NCBI GenBank assembly: GCA_002269645.1 | Contig: NIVC01000672.1 | Span: 124,001-188,000 of the forward strand | Reading direction: 5' to 3' | DNA from: Macrostomum lignano | Lineage: Eukaryota | Length of the DNA: 64,000 nucleotides | In this document: in pieces, positions 1 to 10,614 of the stretch | Layout of the letters: every line of letters starts with the position of its first letter | How positions within the stretch are numbered: position 1 is the stretch's first letter | The notes under the pieces: model-generated | The model's database searches: none | What the model was told of the DNA's origin: nothing | What the model saw: only the letters and a program-made list of their open reading frames with translations | Translations under genes and position numbers: made by a program

Positions 1-140
1 GTACACTTGTATAAAATGAATTCGGAACAGCATCAAACAGGAATTCAAACATAAACTGACAAATTTTGTTCAAAAATCCGGCAGTATCATTGCAACAGCT
101 TATTTATTTTATCAGAAACATTAAACCCTCTCTGTGAGAC

Positions 141-1022
141 ATGTCCCAGTTGGAACTTCCCCAAAGAGTGTCGGTCGCCAGGCCAGTCTCCAATCTGCCG
201 GCTCACCTGCAGTGCAGCAGCTGCTCCAAGCCGCTCTTCAACGCCCGACAGACTCCGCACGGGTGCCGCCTGTGCCAGGCCTGCGTCACCGGCCTGCTGC
301 ACGAGGTGGAGAAGCGGCCCTGTCCCGGACACACCGAGGCCTGCACACTCAGAGACCACCACTCGGAGGAGGACGTTGGCGGCGGCGAGGTCGAGATCGA
401 GGTGAGCCAGGCTACCTGCTTTCCCGACATGGCGACGAGACGCGAGGTCGCCAAGCTGCGAGTCCGCTGTCCGAACTGCGACGCCGGCTGCTCTGTCCAA
501 CTCGAATGGGCTCGCATGGACCAGCATGTGCAACATAGCTGCGACTGGCACTCACTCCGCTGTGAGCAGTGCAAAGAGCTCATTCTGAAGAAGGACATGC
601 AGCGACACACCAGCAGCGAGTGTCGCCACAGGAAGGAGACCTGCGACCTGTGCTCTCAGCTGGTCACACACAGCGAGATGGAGACCAGTCACAGGAATCT
701 GCAGTCCGATGTGTGCTGTCCGAGATTCTCAGCTCGCTGTCCTCACTGCTCGGAGCGGAGCACACCGATGGACAGGCGGGGATATGTTGCTCACCTGTCG
801 GAGTGCCCCGAGAGACCGGTAGAGTGCAAGTACTCTCACCTGGGCTGCAGGGCGATGGTGCGCAGGTCCGATCTGGAGAGGCACTGCAAGGACAGCGTGG
901 ACTCTCACCTTGAGCTCATGGACTCGTTTATGCAGTTCATTGTCTTTCGTATCTTCATACTTCGGTCTCATGGTGAGTTTTCTGTTGGGAGTAATAAAGT
1001 GTCTGCTTTAGGAATTTATTAG
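141..1022 (+). CDS. TRAF: Truncated TRAF-like protein (variant RING + TRAF zinc fingers; no coiled coil or MATH domain)
   Basis: Near-identical to the N-terminal ~260 aa of the 2738-4426 ORF. Homology is lost after ...RSDLERHCK (~890). A possible donor (CATG|GTGAGT at 972) leads to no MATH-coding exon that I can find. Confidence 0.75.
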   Translation: MSQLELPQRVSVARPVSNLPAHLQCSSCSKPLFNARQTPHGCRLCQACVTGLLHEVEKRPCPGHTEACTLRDHHSEEDVGGGEVEIEVSQATCFPDMATRREVAKLRVRCPNCDAGCSVQLEWARMDQHVQHSCDWHSLRCEQCKELILKKDMQRHTSSECRHRKETCDLCSQLVTHSEMETSHRNLQSDVCCPRFSARCPHCSERSTPMDRRGYVAHLSECPERPVECKYSHLGCRAMVRRSDLERHCKDSVDSHLELMDSFMQFIVFRIFILRSHGEFSVGSNKVSALGIY

Positions 1023-2737
1023 TCTATTTCGACTCTTCATAGTACTACAGTGTGTACCCAATCGCTGCGCTGCTACATTGATTCTAGAACCATCAGCTGA
1101 TGAGAGTCCGCAGCGGTCCCATCGCTATTTAGTCACATCGGCTCAGGATTCCATCACCAGTGCCGCAGTGTCTGTTGATCAGCTGCTTTATTCGGTGGGT
1201 TGCAGTTTTGCATGCAGTTTTTATGTTGAATATCCTATATACTAAAAATGGTCTGTCTTTGATTTCTAAAAAACGGCCCACGCTGTCTTTTCAGCTGTCC
1301 GAGCTGCAAACAGCCGACTCTCCTGTGCGACTCTACTCCACACCGGTGCTACCCATGTGCGAGCTCCAGCTTCATCCTTTGCAGTTTTCTTAGATTGAGA
1401 GCATGTAAGAAAGTCAATGTATAGGTAGAATATTCAAAAACTGGTCGCATCATGACAACGGAGGGATAGCCATGGCCTTTTTCTATATTGCCTCAGAATC
1501 TCTGTACTATTCATGATTTGTACTTTAAAGCTGGCTGTTGGAATGCCTATTGGGCAAAGCGCAAAAATACAAACACATGTGCAGTTCACCTACCGAGAGC
1601 TGTTTGGTGATGCTAAAAATAGATCACACGCCGTGATAAAAATAGTACACGGCACGTAACCACCAGGCATACATGTAGTAGGTACAAGCAGAATGAATCT
1701 TAGCTTGAATCTGACGTGCTCCTAAATATATTTAGTGAGTTACAACAATGGCAACTGAGCTCTTTAGCTTCACGGATACTATAAGACTGGGCATGAGGTG
1801 AAGAATTATTATTCTATAGTAGCGACTGGCTAACAAAAGAAACGCTTTAGAAAGGCAGGATGCTATAGTTTTTAGGTAACGAGGTACAGCCTGCTGAAAA
1901 TATAGCTGGTAATTTGAAGGAAAAATTCGAGGCGATTGCTATTATAAAAACTAAATAGAAAACTTGGTGTTTAATTTTGTCTTTCTTGTCAAGTTAAGAC
2001 CGTGAAGTGTTGCTTTACACTGAGCTGGCATAAAAAATTTCCCAGCTATATTTAAGTGCAATATCGGCAACACTTTGTTTCCGAAGGTTGTGTCATGTAG
2101 CCCCTGCTCTCCTAACAACAGGGAACGCGTCAATTTTAAAATTTTATTACTAAAACAACTCTGAAGTTTGTTGAGTACGACAAATACGAAACTTATGAAA
2201 AATTAATCAGCGCCATTAGACCTAAAACACGTACGCTGCACGAGACGCTTAAGAGCGCTACAGGTTTAAAATAATGCACACACGAAGAGAGAATAAGTCA
2301 CTACGCACAATGGTCAATAAATCAATAAAAATACGAGCTAAATAGCCTCGGAGAGGAAAACAAGTACGCCATTGCTGGCTAGTCTCCTGAAGACATCCCA
2401 GCTGAGTAGTACCGTCTTGGTCGGCGCAATGCGAAAAATTACCTCAGCCATGAGGTAGTATATTTTGTCGCTGTTCGTGTCCCACCAATGACCCACCAAT
2501 AGCATTTACCCTCGAGGAAGATTCTACTTGGCTGCCTGCATCGAAAATTGTACTACCCCAAACTTAACGTATTATATTAAATGACTCAACACTTTTTTCA
2601 GCACAAGGAAAATTTATAAGTACGTTTAGAACTACATCAAATGACATTTTAAGCGTTAAAACTTAAAAGAAATCTAACAATATCATCAAAGTTTATATAA
2701 ATTTTATCATAAACACTGAGCCCACTCTCTGTAAGCC

Positions 2738-4426
2738 ATGTCCCAGCTGGAACTTCCACAAAGAGTGTCGGCAGCGAGGCCGGTCTCCAATCTGCCGGCT
2801 CACCTGCAGTGCAGCAGCTGCTACAAGCCGCTCTTCAACGCCCGACAGACTCCGCACGGGTGCCGCCTGTGCCACGCCTGCGTCACCGGCCTGCTGCACG
2901 AGGTGGAGAAGCGGCCCTGTCCCGGACACACCGAGGCCTGCACACTCAGAGACCACCACTCGGAGGAGGACGCTGGCGGCGGCGAGGTCGAGACCGAGGT
3001 GAGCCAGGCTACCTGCTTTCCCGACATGGCGACGAGACGCGAGGTCGCCAAGCTGCGAGTCCGCTGTCCGAACTGCGACGCCGGCTGCTCTGTCCAACTC
3101 GAATGGGCTCGCATGGACCAGCATGTGCAACAGAGCTGCGACTGGCACTCACTCCGCTGTGAGCAGTGCAAAGAGCTCATCCTGAAGAAGGACATGCAGC
3201 GACACACCAGCAGCGAGTGTCGCCACAGGAAGGAGACCTGCGACCTGTGCTCTCAGCTGGTCACACACAGCGAGATGGAGACCAGTCACAGGAATCTGCA
3301 GTCCGATGTGTGCTGTCCGAGATTCTCAGCTCGCTGTCCTCACTGCAACAGTAGAAAGAAGCTGGATAGACGTGCCTACGTTTCTCACCTGTCGGAGTGT
3401 CCCGAGAGACCGGTAGAGTGCAAGTACTCTCACCTGGGCTGCAGGGCGATGGTGCGCAGGTCCGATCTGGAGAGGCACTGCAAGGAGGATTCGGACGCGC
3501 ACATCACTCTCTTAGATGAGAAGCTTCGGCAACTTGGATCTGCCACTGCGATTCCTGGGCCACCGATGCCACCGATGCGTACTACTCGTAGCGGCTTAGA
3601 GGAACTGCCTCATTCAGCTCAGGAAGTCTCTGAGCTGAAACGGAAAACGGAGTGCATACAAGAAGCATTCAAGAAGATGCAGATAAGCGTTGCTAACTGG
3701 GCCCACACAATGCTTGAGTTCGAGCAGGTGGCTGACAGGTTCGGAGGTATATCCCAGATGCGCCAGTCGCTGCAGAATTTTGGCGACAGAGCTCGCCAGC
3801 TTGAAAATCGGAGGGCGGGTCGGGAAAACGACGCATCACCGACGTCAAGCTCGGTGCTGCCGAATCGGGATGCACTTCAGCAGCCGCTGCTGCAGCAATT
3901 GGCGAAACTGGAAACCCGACTGCTGGACCTGGAATCCACTAGCTATGACGGCAGTCTGACCTGGAGGCTGAAGGACCTGACGGCAAAGCAGCGCGAGTCT
4001 CTGACTCCCGAATGCTCGGTGCCTTTCTTTCTCCGCCGGTTCGGTCCAGCTTTCCGAATCCAGCTGTACTTGAACGGCTGGGAGGCTGGCTTCAACAGCC
4101 ATCTGTCGGTGTACATTGTGCACATCGCCAGCCAGGTGGACGACCCCCGCGACTGGCCGATCGTCGCTGAAGTCATGATCAGACTGGTCAACCTGAAAGA
4201 CCGCCGGCACGACTTTGTGAAGACTTTGCCGATTGACACGACAAGCAAGCAGCGGCCTACGGCTGCAGAGGGCGACTTCCTGGTTTGCTGCGGGGAGCCG
4301 AAGCTGGCTACGCTGGACGAATTCAGGGAAAGGTGCGTCAAGGAGAACAGCTGCTTCCTGCAGGTGGAAATCAAGGAGCGCAGGACGGGCAGCACTCGGG
4401 AGCGCCGGTCGGAGCGAAAATTCTGA
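2738..4426 (+). CDS. TRAF: Intronless TRAF-family adaptor/E3 ligase (RING, TRAF zinc fingers, coiled coil, MATH/TRAF-C)
   Basis: 562-aa ORF. RING-like CxxC...QTPHGCRLCHAC...CP; TRAF linker FPDMATRREVAKLRVRCPN; repeated CxxC...H...C fingers (CPERPVECKYSHLGC); LLDLESTSYDGSLTWRL...FRIQLYLNG...HLSVYIVHI...DWP typical of TRAF MATH domains. Confidence 0.92.
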   Translation: MSQLELPQRVSAARPVSNLPAHLQCSSCYKPLFNARQTPHGCRLCHACVTGLLHEVEKRPCPGHTEACTLRDHHSEEDAGGGEVETEVSQATCFPDMATRREVAKLRVRCPNCDAGCSVQLEWARMDQHVQQSCDWHSLRCEQCKELILKKDMQRHTSSECRHRKETCDLCSQLVTHSEMETSHRNLQSDVCCPRFSARCPHCNSRKKLDRRAYVSHLSECPERPVECKYSHLGCRAMVRRSDLERHCKEDSDAHITLLDEKLRQLGSATAIPGPPMPPMRTTRSGLEELPHSAQEVSELKRKTECIQEAFKKMQISVANWAHTMLEFEQVADRFGGISQMRQSLQNFGDRARQLENRRAGRENDASPTSSSVLPNRDALQQPLLQQLAKLETRLLDLESTSYDGSLTWRLKDLTAKQRESLTPECSVPFFLRRFGPAFRIQLYLNGWEAGFNSHLSVYIVHIASQVDDPRDWPIVAEVMIRLVNLKDRRHDFVKTLPIDTTSKQRPTAAEGDFLVCCGEPKLATLDEFRERCVKENSCFLQVEIKERRTGSTRERRSERKF

Positions 4427-5589
4427 GTAATTTCACATTGGAGTTAAGCAACTGCTTCAACTGAGCAGTGTCTGGCAGCACTCTGCTGAATATTCTGCTT
4501 TGAATTGACCAAAGAAGTCAAAGTGCCTTGCCATCAAGCAGAAAGCAACAGGCACCCAGATGCAACTTCTTTTCTTTGAAGCCAACCAGATCATCAGTAG
4601 GAGTTCGCGATTTCGCACAGGAAGTTGCCGTTCACGGGAAAGTCTTGTTATCGATTTTATTATTGATGGCGCTACACAGAAGCTGCTGAAGCTAAAGAAA
4701 CTGGCAACGGAGGGCCAAGACAAAACGACTAACAATGTTTGAAATACATGAAAGAAATCCTCTAGACTTGTCTTTCGTTTCTTTACTTTGTCTTTCTTTC
4801 TTGTAAATAATTCATACCGTACTAATGTAAAAATCGATTCTGTAATTATGAGTATTATAGCATACAAATGTAGGTACATTGTTGTGTAACCATTTTGAAC
4901 ATGTGTGAGCGTATATTGGCGTTTTCTGTTGATGCTTTCAAAAATATTCATCACGATCGTTGACCGTTGCGACTTTGCGACTTTCTGTGTGTGCATATTT
5001 ACTCGTCTTTGTGAATATTTTCATTTGAATGGATAGTTAACTGTAAAATATTTTAAATAAAGAAAAATAGAATTTATTATACGGCTTTGGCGAGTGCGGC
5101 TTCTCGGGTCACAGTCTGCGTAGAGGCGGGGCCAGCGCTGCCTTTCAGTCAGGCCTCTCAATCGCCGACATCCGTTGCATAGGCGACTGGCGTTCAGACT
5201 GCGTTTTTCGGTATTTCTCTGATGAGGCGTCATTTGCCCGCCTGCCTGGCCTCTTGACTGCTTACTCGCTCGTTGTATTGGCCCTTTGGCTTTTTACCTT
5301 GGCGTTCGTGGCCTGGCTTTGCAACCTTGACTGCCTCCTTGCTTATATCCCCCTGTTCTCTCCTTTCTCTTCCTTTTTCGGGCTTGGGGTCGCTTTTCCC
5401 ACCTCTCGCGCTGCTTCGGCCATAGACGTTTGCTTGCCTGCTGTTCGTTTCTTTTGCTGTTGGGATGTGATTGATTAATATTGCTTTGCGTCGTTGAAAT
5501 TGCGTGTTAATGAGCAGAATATAATGATCTGTCGCGACCGCCGCCGCCACCCCCGCTGCCAGACAATTAGACGCTGCCGCCGGAGATGT

Positions 5590-6310
5590 CGTTGCCGGCA
5601 GAGGAGATACGGAAGCTGATGTTTCAACATTGGACGGCCTATCGGACTTCTTTGAGACATCATCCGGGGTGCTTCAGGGAGATACGCTTGCGCCGTTCCT
5701 GTTTGTTCTGGTGCTTGACTGGGCGCTGCGGACCGCTCTTCCTACCAACGGCGACGGCTCTCTGTTTCGGCGACGCGTGTGTCGACGTCCACCGGAGAGA
5801 CGGCTCAGCGTGCTTGGCTACGCCGACGATCTCGCCCTGCTGTCCTTAACTGTCGAGGGCGCCTAGCGACAACTGCAGGATAAGCTGGTAGCTGTTGCGG
5901 CGAGCGTCGGCCTGGTGGTCAACGCTCAGAAAACCGTTGTGCTCTGCGATTTTGTGTGCCGAGGCGCTGATGGACAGGCGACGGAGCTATCGAGTTGTCA
6001 GCAGTTTCTTTTTGTTGACGCGGCTCACACTGGCCTGCGCTTTCAAGATCGGTTACGAGCGAGTAGACCGACGCGGCATTGCCTGGTCCGTCCAAGAGAC
6101 CTGCTGCGCCGTCGGCGACTTCAGCTGGCAAGTCACATCATCCACACTGAGACCAACTGCCCACAACTGATGCAGTAGGTGCTGCTGCAAACGCTGCCGG
6201 CACCCTACCGGGGGCGGCAGGCCCGCACTCGGCGTTTCATCGACTGCCTGCTGGCTGACGCCGGCGCCCCGGATTCGGTCGGCGGCGTGGCGTTCTTTTA
6301 CGATCTGGCC
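5590..6310 (+). pseudogene. Decayed non-LTR retrotransposon (RTE/LINE-like) reverse transcriptase fragment
   Basis: GVLQGDTLAPFLFVLVLD, LGYADDLALLS and VGLVVNAQKT RT motifs are in one frame, interrupted by an in-frame TAG at 5864-5866. The downstream part is degraded (RGRQARTRRFIDCLLAD resembles the C-terminus of such elements). Confidence 0.85.
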
Positions 6311-6577
6311 ATGTGGCACCCCTGTGATGCAGACCGCGAATTTTGTTGCTGTTGTTCTGATGTGTTTAATTAAAATTTGTTTACTACGGAGCGAGCTTCG
6401 AGAATGGTCAGTTTAAAGTCAAAGTTGCTACGATCAATAATGTTAAATAATTAAATAAATTGGCTCACACTAACAACTCATCACATCAAGCAGGTGCTTA
6501 TGAATGGCTGAGTTTTTTTAAGACAATGATTTCTGGCCCTGGTGTGCAAGTGTCTTATTTTTTGCACACTAGCTTAA

Positions 6578-6649
6578 ACCAAGGACCACTGTATATAACT
6601 ATATATAGCCATATAGCCATAGCCATATAGCTATATAGTGGTCCTTGGC
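6578..6649. mobile_element. Short palindromic element flanked by TTAA on both sides
   Basis: CCAAGGACCACT (6579-6590) and its reverse complement AGTGGTCCTTGG (6637-6648) enclose an ATATAGCC-repeat core. TTAA at 6574-6577 and 6650-6653. Confidence 0.55.
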
Positions 6650-6951
6650 TTAAACCCTTGAAATTGTGTTTTGTGTATATGAAATTCATATGCTTTTAAT
6701 AACTTAGTAATGTGCATCGGTTCAAGATTTTCTGGATCCGCGCCTGCCAGGAACCACTCTGTAATTGGATTGTCAAGCGAATCCGGCAAAAATTCAATTA
6801 CACACAAGTTTTAGAAGCGAAGAACTACAAAAAGGTTATAAAAATATTTAAAACACACTTTCCTAAACATGATAAACACAAAATATGGCATAGAAGTGAA
6901 TAATCACATATTTATTTTAATGATCGCGCAATTAACTATACCATGAAATTC

Positions 6952-7329
6952 GGGTCTCCCTAAAACACGCACCGCCCCGCCCCACAGCGCTACACGTTAA
7001 AACAAATTGGACTATAACTGAAGACATTTCAAAATGCGTTTTATGTTAAGCTTCAAGCTTTTATTTAACTTAGTTTTTTTACTTTAAAATATTAAATTCC
7101 GTGTATAATAAGTGATATTAATAATAATATTAATGAAATAATAATAATTTAATTTAATAATGCAAACGAGAATATGAAAAATAATAATAATATTTAAGGT
7201 AATAATTAAAGTTAATTATTATGTTACTCTTACAACCAATAGTTTTCTTTGCAATCGAAATACTGCATTGACAAAAATGTTATAATGTGTAGCGGTCGGG
7301 GCGGTGCGGTGCGTGTTTTAGGGAGACCC
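6952..7329. mobile_element. MITE (non-autonomous TIR DNA transposon) with 8-bp TSD
   Basis: 24-bp perfect TIR GGGTCTCCCTAAAACACGCACCGC, extending imperfectly to ~55 bp. Identical TGAAATTC at 6944-6951 and 7330-7337. AT-rich non-coding interior. Confidence 0.9.
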
Positions 7330-8485
7330 TGAAATTCAACTATAAAGACGAGTCGGAATTTTAAATATTAAGCTTTAGTTTTCGTGATTCACTTTCCTCA
7401 TGGCATTGGCAACTGGCAAGTGGCAAATGGCGTATGATGATTAATTATAACTCCAGCGTCAAGCTGCTACTGGTTTTAATGCCAAATTGTTTATTTGCAT
7501 GCACAAATGTACGTTGAGTGTACGCCAATTTGTAGTTCGGCGTACAGGCCACCTGATCTGAGTATTAGAGTTAGAGTATCAGTCTATTCATTGTCTAGAT
7601 CATGCTAGATTAATCTAGATTCATAGTAAACTAGATCAACCTTGTATAAAATGCGTTTTGAAACTATTTGCTTGAATAGAGCTCTTATTCAAATGAATTG
7701 ATTCTACATAGGTGCAAAGGTATAGAAGATTTGGATAATTTAATTTTGGTATCATTATGTAATTTTTTTGCAGAACCATTTTATTAAAATAAAAATCTAG
7801 TTTAGTTTTTTGTTTTTTGTGTTTTTTAATAATATTGCTATATATTTCCTTTGATATTTTTTTAGATCAATGCTTTTTAATATATTAGATAGACTCTTCT
7901 AAAAATCATGGCTATGTTGCTACCTATCTAATAAGAATTCTTCTTCATGAGGAAGGGCCTTTTAAAATACAGTATGAATGCTTTAAAACTTACTCGTGTT
8001 ACATTATTTCTTAGAAAGACCATTATTTGAATTCCCGCAAAATGCTAATATTTTTGTTTTAATGTTGTGAATGCAGTTAATATTGTACGAAACCAATTTT
8101 GTTTTAAATACATAAGCCAGACTGTATAAATAGGAGCTCGGAATGGGCCAAGAGGATAACTTCTTCCTGCATGCTCAGGCAAGACAGTGACAATCAGTTC
8201 ACTCGATAAAAAATTCATTCTTGTTCGACTTATTCATTGTGACAGTATAAAGCCCCAAATTGGGAGTATTACTAAAGGACGGCTACAAGCGAGAAACCGC
8301 CTCAGGGCAGTTATAGTAAATTCACCTCAGGGCAGGAGAATCGCCTCATAACGAGAGAAGATTGCCTCAGGGCAGGGAAAACGCATAGAGCTGTGACCCT
8401 CTGATCCAGGGAACGCCCAGGACTGAGAGAATAATATTTTTAGGGAATAGAATAGACAGTGCTATTAGACCGCTCAGGCCAGAAA

Positions 8486-8600
8486 GTACAATAGAAGTAC
8501 ATACGCTACCAATAGAAGTACATACGCTACCAATAGAAGTACATACGCTACCAATAGAAGTACATATGCTACCAATAGATGTACATGCGCTACCAATAGA
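8486..8600. repeat. 21-bp minisatellite (CAATAGAAGTACATACGCTAC), ~5 copies
   Basis: Direct reading. Confidence 0.85.
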
Positions 8601-10614
8601 AAGACAATTAATAACCAGTAGAATTGTTAAGGAGAAATAGCTTTATTACAACTTTGGTGGCAGCTAGTAAGGCTAGCAAAAGGATAATTAAGAGCCCTGG
8701 GACAGCTTTTGGTGGGATTCTCAGTGTACGGGAAGCACCCCTGCTACAGCTTTTGGTAACAGCAGTGGGATATTATTAAGAAGGAAGAGAACCCCCTGTT
8801 ACAGCTTTTGGTGGCATTGTGAGATTATTAATAGAGGCAGAAGTAACCCCTAGGACAGCTTTTGGTGGCAGCGGTGGGATTCTGTATTGTACAAGAACAC
8901 CCCCAGCACATTCATTGGGCCAATAGGCACTCCAATTGAATAAGCCATCAATAAAATGTTAATACTGAAATAAAATAAATAGTATAGACATAGGCAATCT
9001 ATTATATAAATAAAATTCTACTTTTAAAAAATATATATATCACTATCAAGTATCAGGCAAAATATACAATAAGAATATATATTTCTTTGTTCTCAATAAC
9101 ATTCATGCAATATATTAGCAAAATGATTGTTAGCTTTTTGACATTTTTTAATTAATGCATTCCAAAAAACCAAGAACCAAGTCTCATTTATAGCAAATTC
9201 ACAGTATAATAGGCCATGCCATTCTTGTTATGCATAGGTATAAATTATGAAGACAAAACTCTAAGAGGTAGGTTTTTCTTGATTATATGAATATATCTCT
9301 AAACTTTTAGTTTCCTATTTAAGAACAAAGTACAGTTTTATTTCTTGCCTTTTCTCAGTCCTCACTGAACATAGTAGGTTCCAACTGTACATTGATAAAG
9401 AAATAAGGAAATATAGATGTGACTGATAAAGAAGATTGCTTCACTTGGCAAACACACTTTATGCTTTATGCTAAATAATGCATATTATATTATATTGTGT
9501 AGTCTAGTCATGCATATATACTCTAGGTTGTCTATGTGAAGGTACAGAGCATACTATACCTAAAAACATTTGTTTATAATATTTAAATTTTTAACAATCT
9601 GCCTCTGATCTACCCTTAGGAGTTTTGGACTATATAGAATTTTTTATGCAAATTGGTAAATGTGTATAATATATAATTGACTTTAAGTATAGTACTATAG
9701 ACCTAGCCCTTGATAGATCAACCAATATAAAGTAACATTGTAACAATTTAAATAACCTCTATTTTTATTATATTTCTTAAGCCTAAATTAATTACAAATA
9801 ACTTTATTATATATAGGTTAAATGCATATCAGGGTGGTCAAAAGTCACTTTTTGGAAGAAAAATGGCTGTCCTTTACCCTTGCCCCTGTTCTTTTAGCTA
9901 TTTCCATTGCCTCTATAAAAATCTATGAATTTTAAAATTTAGTGGTATTGCAATAAATAAACATTTTAAAGAAAAATAATGCAAAAGCTAAGTTATACTA
10001 CTTAATTCATGACACCTCTAAATATATTTCAATCACACTATTGTTTGGTATATGAACTACTACAATAAAGGGAATATAAATAAAGGTAGAGTGCAGTATT
10101 TTTCACTCATTGAGCTATGGGCCACCTTAATAGATAGGCTATATTATTATTAAAAAATAAGATTTATTGCTAGCATTTAATTATACCTTATGATGCATAA
10201 TTATGCATATTGTGCATTCATTATTTGTATATAATCTCACTAATTTTTTTAAATAATTAAATTTTTGAGACAATAAAAACTTGATTGGATATTAATTAGT
10301 AGTTGGCTTTTGATTCTCTATTATTCACAAATAAATAAACAAAAGATTGTCTCTGATTAGATCAGGTAATTGACTTTTTAAAGTATTCAAGATAAAAACT
10401 GCTTTCCACAATCATACTCTGCTATGGTTTACATTAAATTGAGATTTAATGCAAGTCTAATAATTCTAATATAATATTTTTCTAAGCCTTCAGGTAGTCT
10501 GTAATGACCTCCAATTGTTCCAAATGACCGCATCTGCCAGCGACGCCTTTCAGCAGACTTGGCAGCAGTGCAGCGCACTCTGACTCCCCGTGTGCCGATG
10601 CTGGAGCACCGTTG

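Noticed and set aside
4457-5000. 179-aa minus and 60-aa plus ORFs downstream of TRAF
   Set aside because: AT-rich, no motifs, no supporting splice structure; likely UTR/intergenic.
9829-9860. CAGGGTGG mariner-like TIR start
   Set aside because: No matching inverted partner or TA duplication found.
6360-10500. AT-rich block as a horizontally acquired island
   Set aside because: No ORFs or boundary signals; consistent with ordinary intergenic DNA containing MITEs.
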